From Tubiluchus corallicola (taxonomy: Eukaryota; Animalia; Priapulida), in assembly GCA_030141605.1 (NCBI GenBank), contig JAQGDQ010000082.1, positions 124,001 to 188,000 on the forward strand: a stretch of DNA of 64,000 nucleotides. Reading direction: 5' to 3'. Below the pieces are notes generated by a model, which had not been told where the DNA came from, searched no databases, and saw nothing but the letters and a program-made list of their open reading frames with translations. This document shows, piece after piece, positions 51,001-64,000 of this stretch. Numbering within the stretch: the first letter of the stretch is position 1; each line of letters opens with the position of its first letter. The translations under genes were made by a program, and so were the position numbers.

Positions 51001-54000
51001 AAACTAATTTCTTGTGTGGGGGAATTGTAAACTTTAGTCTAAAGACCATAGCCACATTTTGCTCAACAAAATTAATCTACCATATTAATCTACCATTGAT
51101 TATGTGCATAATAATTTGTATGATAACCAATACTCTGATAAAAGCTAAACCACTATAAATTTTAACTGTGTGTGCAAAATTTGGCTAGATAAATTTACAA
51201 ACAAATAATAAGTTTATTATGTCAAATTGTTATGCGGAAACAGAATTGTTTGAAGTCCCACTCTGTTATGACATCTCTAGGTAGTAGGTACACTATAAAT
51301 GTGTACTATAAGCTATAGTACATCCCTAAATGTAATGTAACTACTTTACATCCCAACTGCATTAAATACCTACCATTAGGATAATAAATTAAAAAGTACC
51401 GTAGCTAAAGAAACCAACAAATTCTGAAAATGGCCTCTTGTATCGCCCTTGATGTCCTTTTCCAAATCTTTTTTGAAAACTACATAAAGACAAAGGAATT
51501 TACTCTGTCAGTTGTGGTGATATTACACACATAATTCAAATGTTACAATGCAGATTTTCAAATCTGCAAAATGTCCATCGCATGATTCAAACAGGTTAGC
51601 TATAACTATCATAGTGTAAACTTTCCAACTGTAACAAAACTTTTATTAAGTACTTATTACAGCACCTTAATATTGCCATTGTATGTTCTGAAAGTGACAT
51701 AAATACAGCTAAACAATTGATTGCCGTGCTAGAAAGTAAAAAACTATTTGGAAAATAGTATAAAGCAGAACAAAATAAGAAACCATGCCAATTTTCATGT
51801 TTCTGTTAAATTTCTAACAGGTAATAAACAGTAACAGCATCATTACTAATGAAAAACAGATGTGGTCAAACATATTTAGTAAAAAACAAAACTGTACATC
51901 CCCACAACCTTCAATGGAAGAAACCTACATTTAGAAACCAATTTCGTTTTAATTACGCAAACATACGTATTTTGTAAGACTTTTTCATAGCAAGGATTTC
52001 TGCATTTGTTCTTGTGCATAGAATTTCTATCAATAAGTCTTCATCTGTTCCCAAACCCTGGAAAAGAAGGAATCAATTAAAATTTATTAAAAGGGAATGA
52101 CAAAAGAATCCCTGACTATTTCATCTACTTGTAAATGAAATTATATGTTATAAAGTTCCAACAAAAAAAGCCATTATTTACGTCTTCGCTCAAATTCTAG
52201 TTGTAATGAAAAAAGTGACGGTAGTGGCAGCGATGATGACTTTCAGGAGACTTGTTATAATGAAAATGAAGAAAATCTCTGTAATGTTAATTACTTGTCA
52301 ATTGCGTGTTAAAATCAAAAGCACAGTGATGCACAGATTACCATTTAACGAATTTCTTTATATCACCAAATTAAGCTACTCGAAGGCTTAATTTCTGTTC
52401 TATGTTTGCCCATTATAGCCAGTAAATTTCTAAACAAGTACCAAATATGTATAAACTGTAGAATTATCTAAAAACTGTTTTGTTTAGACATCACACTTTG
52501 AAATAATTTTAATAAGCAAAATATTTTGCAGCAATTTATTCTAATAGCAGATATGCACATTTTATTTCAACTTCAAAGCACCATATTTCACACTAAAAGT
52601 TGATGCCATTTGTTATTAGTGACCTAAATCCTGAGTTCATTTTAATTTTAAGATTTTGGAATTAGGAGCAATGTCATTCTGTTTTTTTGTTTGGAAACTG
52701 TCAATATGTGTCATTTTAAAAGAAATGTAATCAATTAATACTTTGCTTTGCATAAAGTATTATAGTTAAGTTTGGGATACATAAAACATGGAACATACTG
52801 TTTTTGTGTTTTTGAAAAAGCTCTAAGAATACAAATACCTATTTTTATCCCATCTTGGAAAGGTGATAAGAAATTGATATAAAATCTTATCATATCATGT
52901 GATTATTTGATGCAGTGATTTGTTAACATTTAAAAGTAAGTCTAATTATTATATTAAATATTTTTAATAACAGGTATCTTTTCATACAAAGCTAAGTCAG
53001 GCTACTAAATGAAGAGTATGTCAGGTGAATTTTCCTGAATTTTGGCTTTTACATTGTCTTCCATGATTAACAGCAATGCTCCTTAAATTGGAAAGCCTAT
53101 CCAATTTAAAATCCATGAAATGAGATTGGGTAATCTCGGGATAGATATACCCCTATTAATTCACCATTCACTGGTAAGGCTTAGAAGAAATACTGAATTT
53201 ATGTCAGGTCGTATTATGTAGATATAAGAATGTCATTTAAATAACGATGAAACAAAAACAATCTATAAATTATTAAAAGCAAACATACAGAAATAGCATT
53301 TAGGCAGCTAGTGGCATCATAATCAGCTGATGTCATCATCAGTGCAAGAATGACATCTTCCAGCTTCCTATTTAATGCAGATTTGAGAGCTTTAAGAAGA
53401 TCCTGTAAAAAGCATGAAAAAAATTATTTATCATGATACTAGTAACAAAGTGACTAAGGGTACTTGACAAAGCTTTTTTGGCCAATTGGAGCTTGACCAT
53501 GGGTCGCACTTGTTAATCATTTTCTAATGTAAAAGCAAGCATTTTATATGTGTCCATTTCTGCAGTAATGAGCTAGCCTTAAGTTTTAAGTTTTCAAGTT
53601 GTGCAACTGTTGAGCAACAAGTATCTTGGCAATTAGCTCTCAGCAACTCAATAAATCATATTATAAATTCACAAACCGGTACACCCGGTATATATCGGTG
53701 CTCTGTGATCAATTGCTAACTAGTCTGACCTTGTGATACTGAAATTTATTTTCTTGATGCCTGGTACCAGATGCTAGCTCTTCAAAAAGGTATGATGAGG
53801 GATTCTAAATGTGGGCATCCATTCACATATACGGGTAATGTTTTGCCACAGTGCACTAGGGAAGCCAGCATGAACCAGGACCCATTCATCAGTGATATGA
53901 TGCTGCCAGGCAATCTTCAGCAAACCAGAGAACTTGTATTGGAAACGTTCCATTTTCTTGAGGTCAAAGTGAGCGACCACCGACATCTCTGAGTCATAGA

Positions 54001-57000
54001 GTAATGTGGCGAGAACTGTGGCTCTGAAGGCACATCTAAAAACTACCAAAGGGCAAATGGCTGCCTGGATTCAATTTTGACACACAGCTGCACAATTGCT
54101 GTTGAGGAAATTGCCTAGGTATGTAAAGGAGTCCACAATTTCGAGAGTGACTCCATGGATAGTGACATTGCTGGTGTCGGTGATGCAGAATGTCCTACAG
54201 TGATTTGTGCCGTGATTTTCGTCCTTCCCAACTTGAAGTCCGATCACTGTATGCTTCTGGACTGCATTATTGCCAGCATGGTAAAGCTCTATTAGCCCAC
54301 TCATTGATATGAGGCAGCAGGACTCCAAATGGGAAGGGATGAAAAGTCCATCATCCATCCAGTAGCAATGGCAGGGGTATCAAGTGGGAGCTGAGGGTAG
54401 CTCTGTCAGACACCCCTTCATGGAAAGTCTCAATAAATTGTGTGAGATGTTAAGGACATCCAAACTGACTCAGCATAGCTCAAATGGCAAGTATTGGAAT
54501 CCTGTCAAATACCTTATCCATGTCGCAGAAGATAAAAAGAAGTATTCTTCTCTGCTTTTGGCACTTCTTCTTCAAGAGATGAGCACAGAACAGCTGTTGC
54601 TCAAAGATGCTAAAACCACACTGGGATTCTGATTATGCATCTACTGAACTCAAGTAACGTGTAAAGTATTATATGGACATTCAAACCTAGCTTTGATGTT
54701 ACTAACTTACAATCTGATCCACTTGGTCAACTGGCAGCAAAATCTTTGGACTCTCGTTATGAAGTGAAACTGCTAGCCTTTACTGGGCCAACATACAGTT
54801 TTAACAAGCATATATTACCACTATACCTTGCCATACATCGTTTTGTAATCTATTATAATTTTCTGTCGCTGATCATTTGTCCGCCTTGCCAACACATTGA
54901 TTATTATCTTCTCATCTACTCCTATATTAACCAAACATAGGTTGACTCTAGTGTTTAATGCGATCAAACTACCAAAACAACCAACAACTGCAAAAAGACA
55001 GTAATCCTGACCAACACATGCAGGTGGGAAAAGGTTAAGACATTCTTAAAGTCTCTTGAGTCAAAAAATATTTAAAAGAATCAAAAAATAAATACACTGT
55101 GCAATATCCATGTATGTTTGCATACTGCGAAATGCATTAAAACTGCTGGTGACACAATCATGTTCATCGCTTTTTGTTCAATGGAATTTTATTGCATTAT
55201 CAACAGACAATTGCTTAAATTTTAATGTCACTAAGACTTCATCAGGCTCAGCATCGTGAAAATTATAAAACTTTACTTCATATGAAAGCCACTAGAGAAG
55301 AAAATTACGCTAATCCCTAATGCTTACCAAACCCTTTCATAGCATTCTGCAATGCCTCTGCATCTGTTTGTCCATTGAATGGATGGAATGGCTTGAGTGT
55401 TCCCTCCTCCTGGTAAATAAATAATTATACTTAAAGCAAAACCGGACCCAATCTTAAACTGTAGGTCAAAACAATCTACTCTTTAAAATATTAGAAAGGA
55501 AACACACTATTTTTTTCAAAAATGAGTTAAGTGAAAAAATTATTACCACACAATCTTAATTTCATGTTCACACCACTTGTTTTTCGCTGTTACATGCATT
55601 TCGCCATTTGCTAGTTAGACGGGCACTAACGCCTGCATTTCGGAAACGCATTGCAAAAAAACAGGTGTTGTACCTCTCAGTTCATATGTGTTAGTTTGTG
55701 ATGAACTACACACGTTCGACAGCCCATTGAATTTTTCTCTTAAAAGTTGCCTAATTTTTGTACTTCAATATTCGCTTTCGCAAATATGTGTAATACGCTG
55801 GATATTTTTGCTGTTGAAAATTGTTAGTTCGTGATGTCATCAATGACATCAATAGTTGGGCTGGCCTGCCATTAATTAAGTTTTCAATCTATAATTTAAT
55901 TATCAGAAACGCTTTTGCAGTATTAATTGTATTAAAATATACTCTTTTTATTGCAGTTGAAAATAGGGTAGTATATGAAAAATCATCCTGTCTTCCTTTA
56001 ATTAAAGCTTAATAATTAAGTAGAATGAGGGCATTAGGTAGAAATATAAAACCTTGCACTAACATGAAATCACTATAAGCAAAAATTAACTTTGATATTT
56101 TTATCTCGTACATGACCTTGACCATTGACCCTTTGAACTCAAAAGCTCTGATTTCATTTTGATTTTGTATTGGTTAGACAGACACACATACACAGACAAA
56201 CAGCTAAATGCTCTACCCACGCTCTGACAACTGTCAGCATCATGATACGTGATGTGTAAGTAAGCTGGTAAAGACGAGTTTATACTCCAAATGCGGTACA
56301 TGAGCATAGAAATACCAAATACATGCCAACATACTTTTACAAGATTAGACCCAGAAGACTGTTGTACAATTTCTTTAGGATCCGTTTCAGCTTGTGTTCC
56401 TGGATGGCTCGTCGACGTGGGATAACTTGAAACATTAACTGGAGCACCCACATTAGCTATGTGAGATGACAGAAATAGTGCAGTTGCACCTGGTACATGT
56501 TGTGGCAGATACGGTGCAGATGCATGCTGTGGAGGATATGATGGTGTAGGTATAGGCTGTGCTGGATATGGTGCAGGTGACAATGGATAGGATGGTGCAC
56601 TACCTGGATACGGTGCAGCTCCTAAACCCGGTTCTGTAAAATGCTAAAAGAGCGAACAATGAAAATGATTACCTGTGCAACAGTAAATGTACTCCATGCC
56701 ATAGTTACCTTTTTAAATTCTTAATGAAAAATACGTATTCATGCTAGAGTTATTACTGTACAGTCATTATAATTTTTAACAACAAGAAACATTTCTGTAA
56801 GCTCAAATATGCAGGATTAGCTGCAAGTTCACTTGCAGGATCAACAAAAGAAAGATCAACCAAATTCAAAAGTTTTATCAATGCTTCTTGCCTATCCTGC
56901 TGAAAAGATAAATTACATTAGCACATTTAACATTTTAAATTTGACTTGACCAAGTAAGTGCATATTTTAGTCATAAATCATAAAATATTTTAAATTTTAA

Positions 57001-58795
57001 ATTTTACTGAAAATCCAATTGGCTTAGCTCCTTGAGGTTGAGACAGCCCTCCAGGGAAACCATCATGGAGTGGGTACGGTGCAGTGCCGCCAGGATAACC
57101 TGAAAACACATTTATTAAAATTCATTTATATTATGTTGTAGTTTTGGCGAACATAAGCCTTTTGGTTTTATTCCTAGAGCTTAAGTTCTATGTCATTTTT
57201 CTATATCGGTAATATAGGATGTGGCATACCAGACTGCACAGGTGGGTGACCAGTTCCTGGAGGTACAGGTGGGTAACCAGCTCCTGGATATATAGGTGGG
57301 TGACCAGTTCCTGGAGGTATAGGTGGGTAACCAGCTCCTGGATGTATAGGTGGGTGACCAGTTCCTGGAGGTACAGGTGGATAACCAGCTCCTACAGGTA
57401 CAGGTGGATAACCCATTCCTGGAGGTACAGGTGCAGTTCCTGAGGGTGCGTAGGGGTGACCAATTCCTGGTGATACAGGTGGGTATCCAATTCCTGGTGG
57501 TGTGGGTGGATGATCAGTTCCCGGAGGTACGGATGCATGACCACTTCCTGGAGATACAGGTATGTGACTAGTTCCCGAAGGTGCAGGTGGGTGACCAGTT
57601 GCTTGAGGTGCAGGTGGGTGACTGGTTGCTGGAGGTGTAGATGGGTGACCAGTTGCTGGAAGTGTAGATGAGTGACCACTTCCTGGAGGTATAGGTGGGT
57701 GACCAACTGCCGGAGGTACAGGTGGGTGACCAGTTGCTGGAGGTGTAGACGGGTTGTAAGCTTTTGGTGGTGAGGAAGAAACTTCCTGTAAAATAAAAAA
57801 CAATTATAAATATGTACCAATAAATGAACGACATGACTTTTCAGTACCAACTAGCCTAGTTACAATCTAAAGAGCAAGTACTGTGAGGTGTTATTACAAG
57901 TTGGCCTTAAAAGGCTTTGTCATAAAGCATTGCACAGTAGCATCATTAAAGAAAGCAAGAGACTGAGGAGCAGTAATTTGACAGCAGCAGCAAACAACAG
58001 CAGAAAAAAGAACAAGAAAAACACTCAACTCTATTTCGTTCAGCTCACCTTAATTCACTTTCTTCATTTGATTCCGTTCAGCTGTTCAACTCACTGACAA
58101 ATTCATTTATTAGCTAACCAACCGGCTCACCAACCAACCAACCAACTTACTGGTTGGTTAATTTATGTAACCAATTGCTGCACTTGCTAATTAACTTTTT
58201 AACTTTTGACTAACTCACTTAGTGGTAGAAATGCTGAATGTTAAGCCTGCTATACACAAAAGTTCTGATTGATAATCTGACTTGTAATTTATTAACTAAC
58301 TAACTAACTGGCATGACTGGCTCAATAACAGTGACAAGCTAATTATAAATGTTAATTATAATTGTTAATTATAAATCATTGTTGACATTAAATGTACAAA
58401 CTTGATTAGTAATTTACAAACATTTGCAATTTGCATACTTAAAAAGTTCAGCAAGCCATAACTGCTGAAACTTTTCAAAAGACCCAAATTTCAGTCAATT
58501 CTAATGTATAATTTTATATGCTTGCTAAGTAATAACAAATTAACACTAACGGTAACAGGTGACAGATTTACATCATAATTATATGAACTGTGTTTATGAA
58601 TCATGACGATGGAAAAATAAAGTCATTTATTTTAGTTTCGATTAAATTAAAATGTCAAGTTTGAACATTTACCACACCAGCGCACGGCATTGGTGAAAAA
58701 CCGGAAAGGCCTCCTACATCATGCTGAAACGGACGTGCTGTTGCAGAACCACTGACAGGACCAGAACCACTTGAACCATTTGGAGAACTGCTCAT
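48042..58795 (-). CDS. Annexin A7/A11-like protein with long Pro/Gly/His/Tyr-rich N-terminus (~673 aa, 13 coding exons)
   Basis: Phase-consistent exons: 58795-58673, 57785-57230, 57099-57008, 56643-56335, 55409-55328, 54921-54827, 53402-53289, 52057-51967, 51479-51400, 50618-50469, 49646-49550, 49216-49035, 48092-48042. Four annexin repeats: [60 protein letters not shown] at 47830-47825. N-terminal exon junctions are less certain than the core. Confidence 0.92.
50921..51040. mobile_element. Short dispersed element, copy 2
   Basis: gtttacaattcc...ctaaccccaactctaaccctaa...cacaaactaatttctt...gaattgtaaactttag, homologous to 41565-41680. Confidence 0.7.
53740..54635 (-). mobile_element. Decayed RTE-clade LINE RT fragment in an annexin intron
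   Basis: [49 protein letters not shown] and MPTFRIP match RTE ORF C-terminal motifs. Broken by frameshifts. Confidence 0.8.
56110..56245 (+). mobile_element. Helentron/HINE-like remnant
   Basis: tgaccttgaccattgaccctttga, then a gacagacacacatacacagacaaac microsatellite and a terminal hairpin ctgacaactgtcag. Confidence 0.4.
57230..57750 (-). repeat. Coding 30-nt (10-aa) tandem repeat in annexin exon 2
   Basis: Unit [10 protein letters not shown] / [12 protein letters not shown] unit resembles ggtgggtgaccagttcctggaggtRYa on +. Confidence 0.9.
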
Positions 58796-58899
58796 TTTGT
58801 AGTCAATCAGAAAACTGGCGAAACATTTTAATTATTGTTAACTGACAGAAACAAAAAACAAAACAAAAAAATCAAAATAATAATTATTATATTTCTTAT

Positions 58900-59115
58900 G
58901 TGTAACGCGTGCCACGTGCCAGCACGCTGCTGTCTGCACGATTCAGTTTTTCTAATAAGGTTTGCGCTGCCATCTATTAGCTACAATACAAATTATTTCT
59001 TGTAAATAAAAAATCCCAGATAACTGACCTAGGCCTTGCTGCTATTTAACATACGGGACGCGCTTTTCTTAACTATTAATTGGCAAACTTTTAGGCCAAA
59101 AATTTCCGGAAGTAC
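58900..59115 (-). promoter_or_regulatory. Candidate annexin promoter
   Basis: CpG-richer stretch just upstream of the ATG exon, with E-box cacgtg (~58914) and ETS-type ccggaagt (59106-59113). Confidence 0.35.
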
Positions 59116-60449
59116 AAAATGACACTATTAGGTATTAGTCATCATCAACAACACGGAAAATATTATGCCATTTACTCAATGGACAACTTTCATTGTACAC
59201 AAATTAAAATACACACATCTACTACAAGAACAATTATGAAGTGCCCAAAGCGCTAAACTTGGGAGATTGGTAACACTGCATGATCATCATAGATCTGCTA
59301 CGACACTATGATTACTATCTCTAAATGTGCACATAATTACCTTGAAAGTTCAATACTTCTTACACCTTTACCAGACTAGGTCGACATACTGATGAGACAT
59401 ATTCGATACTTGGATTTTCTAAAGCCAGCAGCTCAGTTCTACAAGCACAGTGAAGGTAAAATTGAACTGGTAACTGCATGAACTGGAGCTGTGTGTCAGT
59501 GTTGGAGCTGTATGAACAATTCTAAACAACCAAGCTTCCAAATTTACAGGGCTTGCAGTTAGCTGGGTTTCACGTTTTAAATGTCTAACACAGAACTGCT
59601 GCTATCGATATCAATAAACACAAAAGGAATTTTTTTATTGTGTCTCAATGTTTTAAGTATTTTTTAAAAATATGTTTGAACTTTGACTAGTACTTTATCG
59701 TATGACATAAAATAGTAGTGTAATAATTATTAATAACATTGTTGCGAATAATTATGTTGACAATGTATGAATGACCTGTGTCTGTTTATAATCATAAACG
59801 AACTCCTTAATTAGAACCTTGATACAATTTGGTGTGTTTTGTGTTTGGCTTCAGTTTCTTTAGCTGCCACTTAATGATTTAATTATCACTATAAACTGGC
59901 TCATTTAATGTGTGACCTATATTTTGCAGTGTACCATAACAATTATGGTCAGAAGTCACCTTAAAACAGGAAAGTAGTGAGTATTGTAGTGGCACTACTT
60001 TCATACAATAATTTCAGTTGCAACAACTATTTTTTTAAAAAAAGTAAAAGTGAAATTGCAGTGTAATGCACTACATTTCAGAAGAGTAATTGCATTTCTA
60101 GTGATACTACATTTTATAAGTAATTTACCCAGCACTGCATATGTAAATATATGGGGTATTAGTCAATTTGCTACCACGTGATGAAAATGCTCACAGTGAT
60201 GTATGCCACAGTATTCAGATGAGCTTTTTATCGCAACTATAACTGTTATTGCCACATGACACATCAACAAAAAATGATTCAAAAATTAGCTGGCATAATA
60301 TTATTATATACTTGCTACAGCAAGTAGAAGATACCACACACATTAATAAGTAAAATGTGATAAAAATTAGTCCAGTTGTTTGAAATGCAATATAATCAAC
60401 TATTCCAATACACACTGAATCAATGATTAAGTTTAGAGGAGGTACTCTG

Positions 60450-60525
60450 AAAAGTTGTGAGTCAACCAGGATTCGAACCCAGAGCCTTGTGGTGTCAGGT
60501 GACACATTCTATACGTTACTGTTAT
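60450..60525 (-). mobile_element. tRNA-derived SINE-like head
   Basis: Perfect B-box GGTTCGAATCC on the minus strand (ggattcgaacc on +, ~60469-60479). No complete cloverleaf. Confidence 0.45.
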
Positions 60526-61557
60526 AAACCCACATGACTAAAACATGTCTGAAATCTGATTCTGGTCAGCACAGTGAATATCACTCATGGTTACCTGTCC
60601 ACAATTAATTAATATGCTACTATTAGTAAGGCTGAAACATCATTACAGATTAAAAATGTATTAATCACACAGTGTTCGTCAAAATTCAACAGATTCTAGA
60701 AGTTCCACTTTACTGATTCCACTATTTACTTCTAGATTTTAAATCTAGATTACAAAGCTTCAATTGAAAAAGACAAAAAACATGATGAAATTATCATTAA
60801 ATGTCAAAAACCACAATTTTACACCTTTTTAAGAAGTAAACGCTGTTTATTTTATGTTCTGCAATATTTCAAAGTCATTCTCTGCACCTTCTTTAAATTT
60901 AGAATGCCACAAATACTAGTGGAAAAAAACAATTACAATTATAGACATGAAGATTTTAATATTGTCACAAAATGCAAATTATAATAATTCCACTGCTAAC
61001 TACTGTTTCTGTGTCGAGATGTGACAAAACTACAAAAATAGACTATAGTTGTTACACTAAGTACTACAATTTCAAATCTATTCTAGTAGTAATCGCATTA
61101 GTATAATATATAACATTGATAATAAACTCCACATAAAATAGATACCATAAAATATTCAAACATAAACCACCTGGTTGCATTTATATATGCTAGGTTTAGA
61201 ATCAAGTATTTGAAAAAATATATTAAAATTAATAATTAGTTGCTGTTGTAACAATTATCAACTATAACACTTACATTTCAAATCACCACATTAACAAAGG
61301 TAAGCAAATACTTTTATTATATGCTCAATCATTCTATATACGAAGGCACTGAATTGCTGTAGGAATCAGATCTTAACTGACACATTATTGTTTACTAAAA
61401 TAAAATACGACCTTGTAAATGCTCCAAAATGTCTTCAGAACAAGACACGTGTAAGACACGTGTACTTAGAAGGTGATCTATTACATGATTAGTGATTACA
61501 TAATGCTACCAGTTTGCTGCCGGATTGAAGGTGAGTCAGACTGGTGTACAATACCGT

Positions 61558-64000
61558 TTAGGTTACCAATGCAATAAGTATCCGTTTGTAATCACCAGAT
61601 GTATCGTCCTGAAAAAAGTTAATGTTGTACATGAAATTTACAACAAATAGCAAATACCAAGCTCACTGAATATATATTCCATACATTGCAAAAATCCACT
61701 TGAGAATTGTATTCCACCGTTGTTCAACCTCAAAAATGGCACCTTATTTGGGCTATTAGGCATTTGTTTAATTCGAATGTAGAAAATAGACTGCTAGAGT
61801 TTCTGTCAAATTATATGATTTTTTATGCAGACCAAACATGTTTTGTGCATTTTTGTCCTGTCTTTTGAATAATCACCTTTACAATCGAAGCACTGTATTT
61901 ATTATTAATGTTACTTTCATAATATACATATAATCCTACGTAAAAAACATAGCAATACAGCTCATCAGTACTTAAATGTAAAATTAATTTATATTTTGGA
62001 AACAAATAGGAGTTGATGTTGGATATGATAGCACGTGTGCCTTCATATAAGTAGCATGTAGCTGCCTGGGTTCGACACTCACTCACAGTGGCACCATAAG
62101 CTTTGGTCATTTACATCGTATGAGGAGGACAAATTCAATTCTGAATGTGGCTGCGATTCAGTGGCTCATGTTAGAGGGATATCCTTGATGATGAACCAGG
62201 ATCCTGTCATATCACAAACATGTTGCTGAGTATGTTCTGCCTTTGAATGCTGCCACATTGGTTAGAAGCCTTTGGTCGTGAGGATGAGTCACTTAGTACC
62301 AGTTTGTAAAGAAGTTTGTTTAAATAAGATTTCTTCTGTTGCTTACAGTGGTTTCAACATGTTAGGAGATTTAGTTTTTCCGTGCATAGGTTTGCTTTTT
62401 GTTCTCGTCTTCACTGGTGTGGTGGCAGGCGGTGGGATAAGAACTTTAGAAGACAATTAGCCTAATTCACATTATTTTACAGTTTATCTAAACAGTAACA
62501 CTAACCACTCTATATGCTCCAATGACGATGTACATGGTGCCTAACAACAGTGCTTAACAAAAACTAAATCTCCTAACATGTTGAAACCATCGTGGGTGTA
62601 AAAGTAATGCACAGCTGTTTGCCAAACACTAGTGCCAGCATGAAAATGACAGGAAAATCACAAAAAATATAAGATTTATAACTGACTTTAATGACTATAA
62701 TGTAACCTTGGGCTACGAAAATTTTACCTTTGAGTGATAGAATTTTCCTTGGATTATTTTGCAGAGGTGCACTAAAAGTATAATTACTCTGTAGTAACTG
62801 TTCAGCATCCAGATTACAGTAATTGGATTTTTTTAAAAAAAAGTAATTCTTTCCACATCTAGTAGAATTTATGCAGCATCCAGCTGCATCTTGAAATTTT
62901 GAGAACAACAACTAAGAACATGAGTATACCTGTATGAACGATTCTAATGTCTTTCCATAATTCTTTTGAAAAGCTTGCTTGATCTGCACCATGTCCTTTT
63001 CGCAGCGGGTTACAACAATCCGTATAAGTTGCCGATCGTTGGTACCTGCACCTTTCATGGATTTGTACAGTTGCTCAGCAAAGTAACCAGCCTTATCGCG
63101 GACACAGTGAACTAAGAGAAAACGTACACATTAGAAGTTTGTGTAAGATTAACAATACTTAGCATATGGGAAATAAAGAGAATGAAATAATAAACTAGAC
63201 TAAGTGTACAATTTGATAAAAAGTTTTAGACAAAAATCCCATGTCTTACAATTGTGCACAGCCACGTAGAAAAACAGTGATAGTTTGCAAAAGCAGAACT
63301 GAATGCACAACATAGATTTAAATGTCGCACCTGTGCACAGAAAGACTGTATTCACGCAAAGCGTGAGGTAAACAATGGGTGGCGTGTTTCAATACAATTT
63401 TTATGGTCAACTGTCAGGCAAATGGGTGCCATGTTGTGCAATACAAAAACACCATTTAATTGTTAGGCAAACAATACTTGACGGACACACTTCTAAAATA
63501 CTAATAAAATCCTATACAGACTAGGAATTTCTGTGTTGCACATGTGAGGCATTGAAACCTATGGTATATTTTCTAATAAAGGCTAGAACAACCAATAATA
63601 TGAAGTTATATCGTATTTCTCAATGATTTTTAATACTGTGACTGTCTTCATGTGACAGGCTTTTATATAGGTTCTCTTCATAGACCAGTTAGCCAATCAC
63701 TTAGCATTATTATAAGATTTCAGCTGTTCACACATGTGCAGTTTTAATTTTCAGTGTACTAATAAATACAGTTTAAACCAAAGGCTAGAACATTAAACTG
63801 CATGAGCAAAAAGTCAAGAACGTTTCTTGTATTTTTATTACTGGTTGACAATTTTGTATGACCACTCTAAATACTTTAGTGCTTTTTACAACTACACAAT
63901 GAATGCATATCAACATTTTTGTTATTTTATAAATAATGCAAGGTAATTTTCATTACTTATGGTAAGCATGCCCTTCTTTAAGTCACCAGACATTTCACTA
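61558..64000 (-). CDS. Tandem annexin paralogue, last three exons (5' part outside window)
   Basis: Exons >64000-63957 (SEMSGDLKKGMLTI), 63111-62930 ([49 protein letters not shown]) and 61608-61558 (DDTSGDYKRILIALVT*). Same exon sizes (182, 51 nt) and phases as the downstream annexin. Confidence 0.93.
62349..62589. repeat. Perfect 31-bp inverted repeat (MITE-like) in an annexin intron
   Basis: tggtttcaacatgttaggagatttagttttt (62349-62379) and its exact reverse complement (62559-62589). Confidence 0.85.

Noticed and set aside
57219-57850. Alternative-frame ORFs ([17 protein letters not shown])
   Set aside because: Shadows of the 30-nt coding repeat. Only the Pro/Gly frame fits the splice phases.

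Overview
AT-rich, intron-containing eukaryotic genomic DNA, most likely from a non-vertebrate animal, so the prokaryote-style ORF track misses most real exons. I rebuilt genes by hand from GT-AG junctions and reading phase. Gene content: (1) a class A peptide-type GPCR with a single coding exon (+, 17102-18253); (2) a 2-exon CHST11-like carbohydrate sulfotransferase (-); (3) a 12-coding-exon RASSF gene with LIM + RA + SARAH domains (-); (4) a 13-exon annexin A7/A11-like gene with a very long Pro/Gly/His-rich N-terminus (-); (5) the 3' exons of a tandem annexin paralogue running off the window end. The rest is decayed LINEs (CR1/L2-, RTE- and Penelope-like), tRNA-derived SINE-like copies, MITEs and tandem repeats. 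Strongest hunt signal: the RASSF TGA stop is followed directly by CAA-CTA (the CARYYA leaky-stop context) and 247 further in-frame sense codons, predicting a stop-codon-readthrough isoform with a long C-terminal extension ending in a hydrophobic segment. Secondary signals: a 2A-like ribosome-skipping motif in an intronic LINE, a hammerhead-like core in a Penelope-type inverted repeat, and a His-substituted low-complexity annexin domain. All exon models are manual predictions without transcript support.
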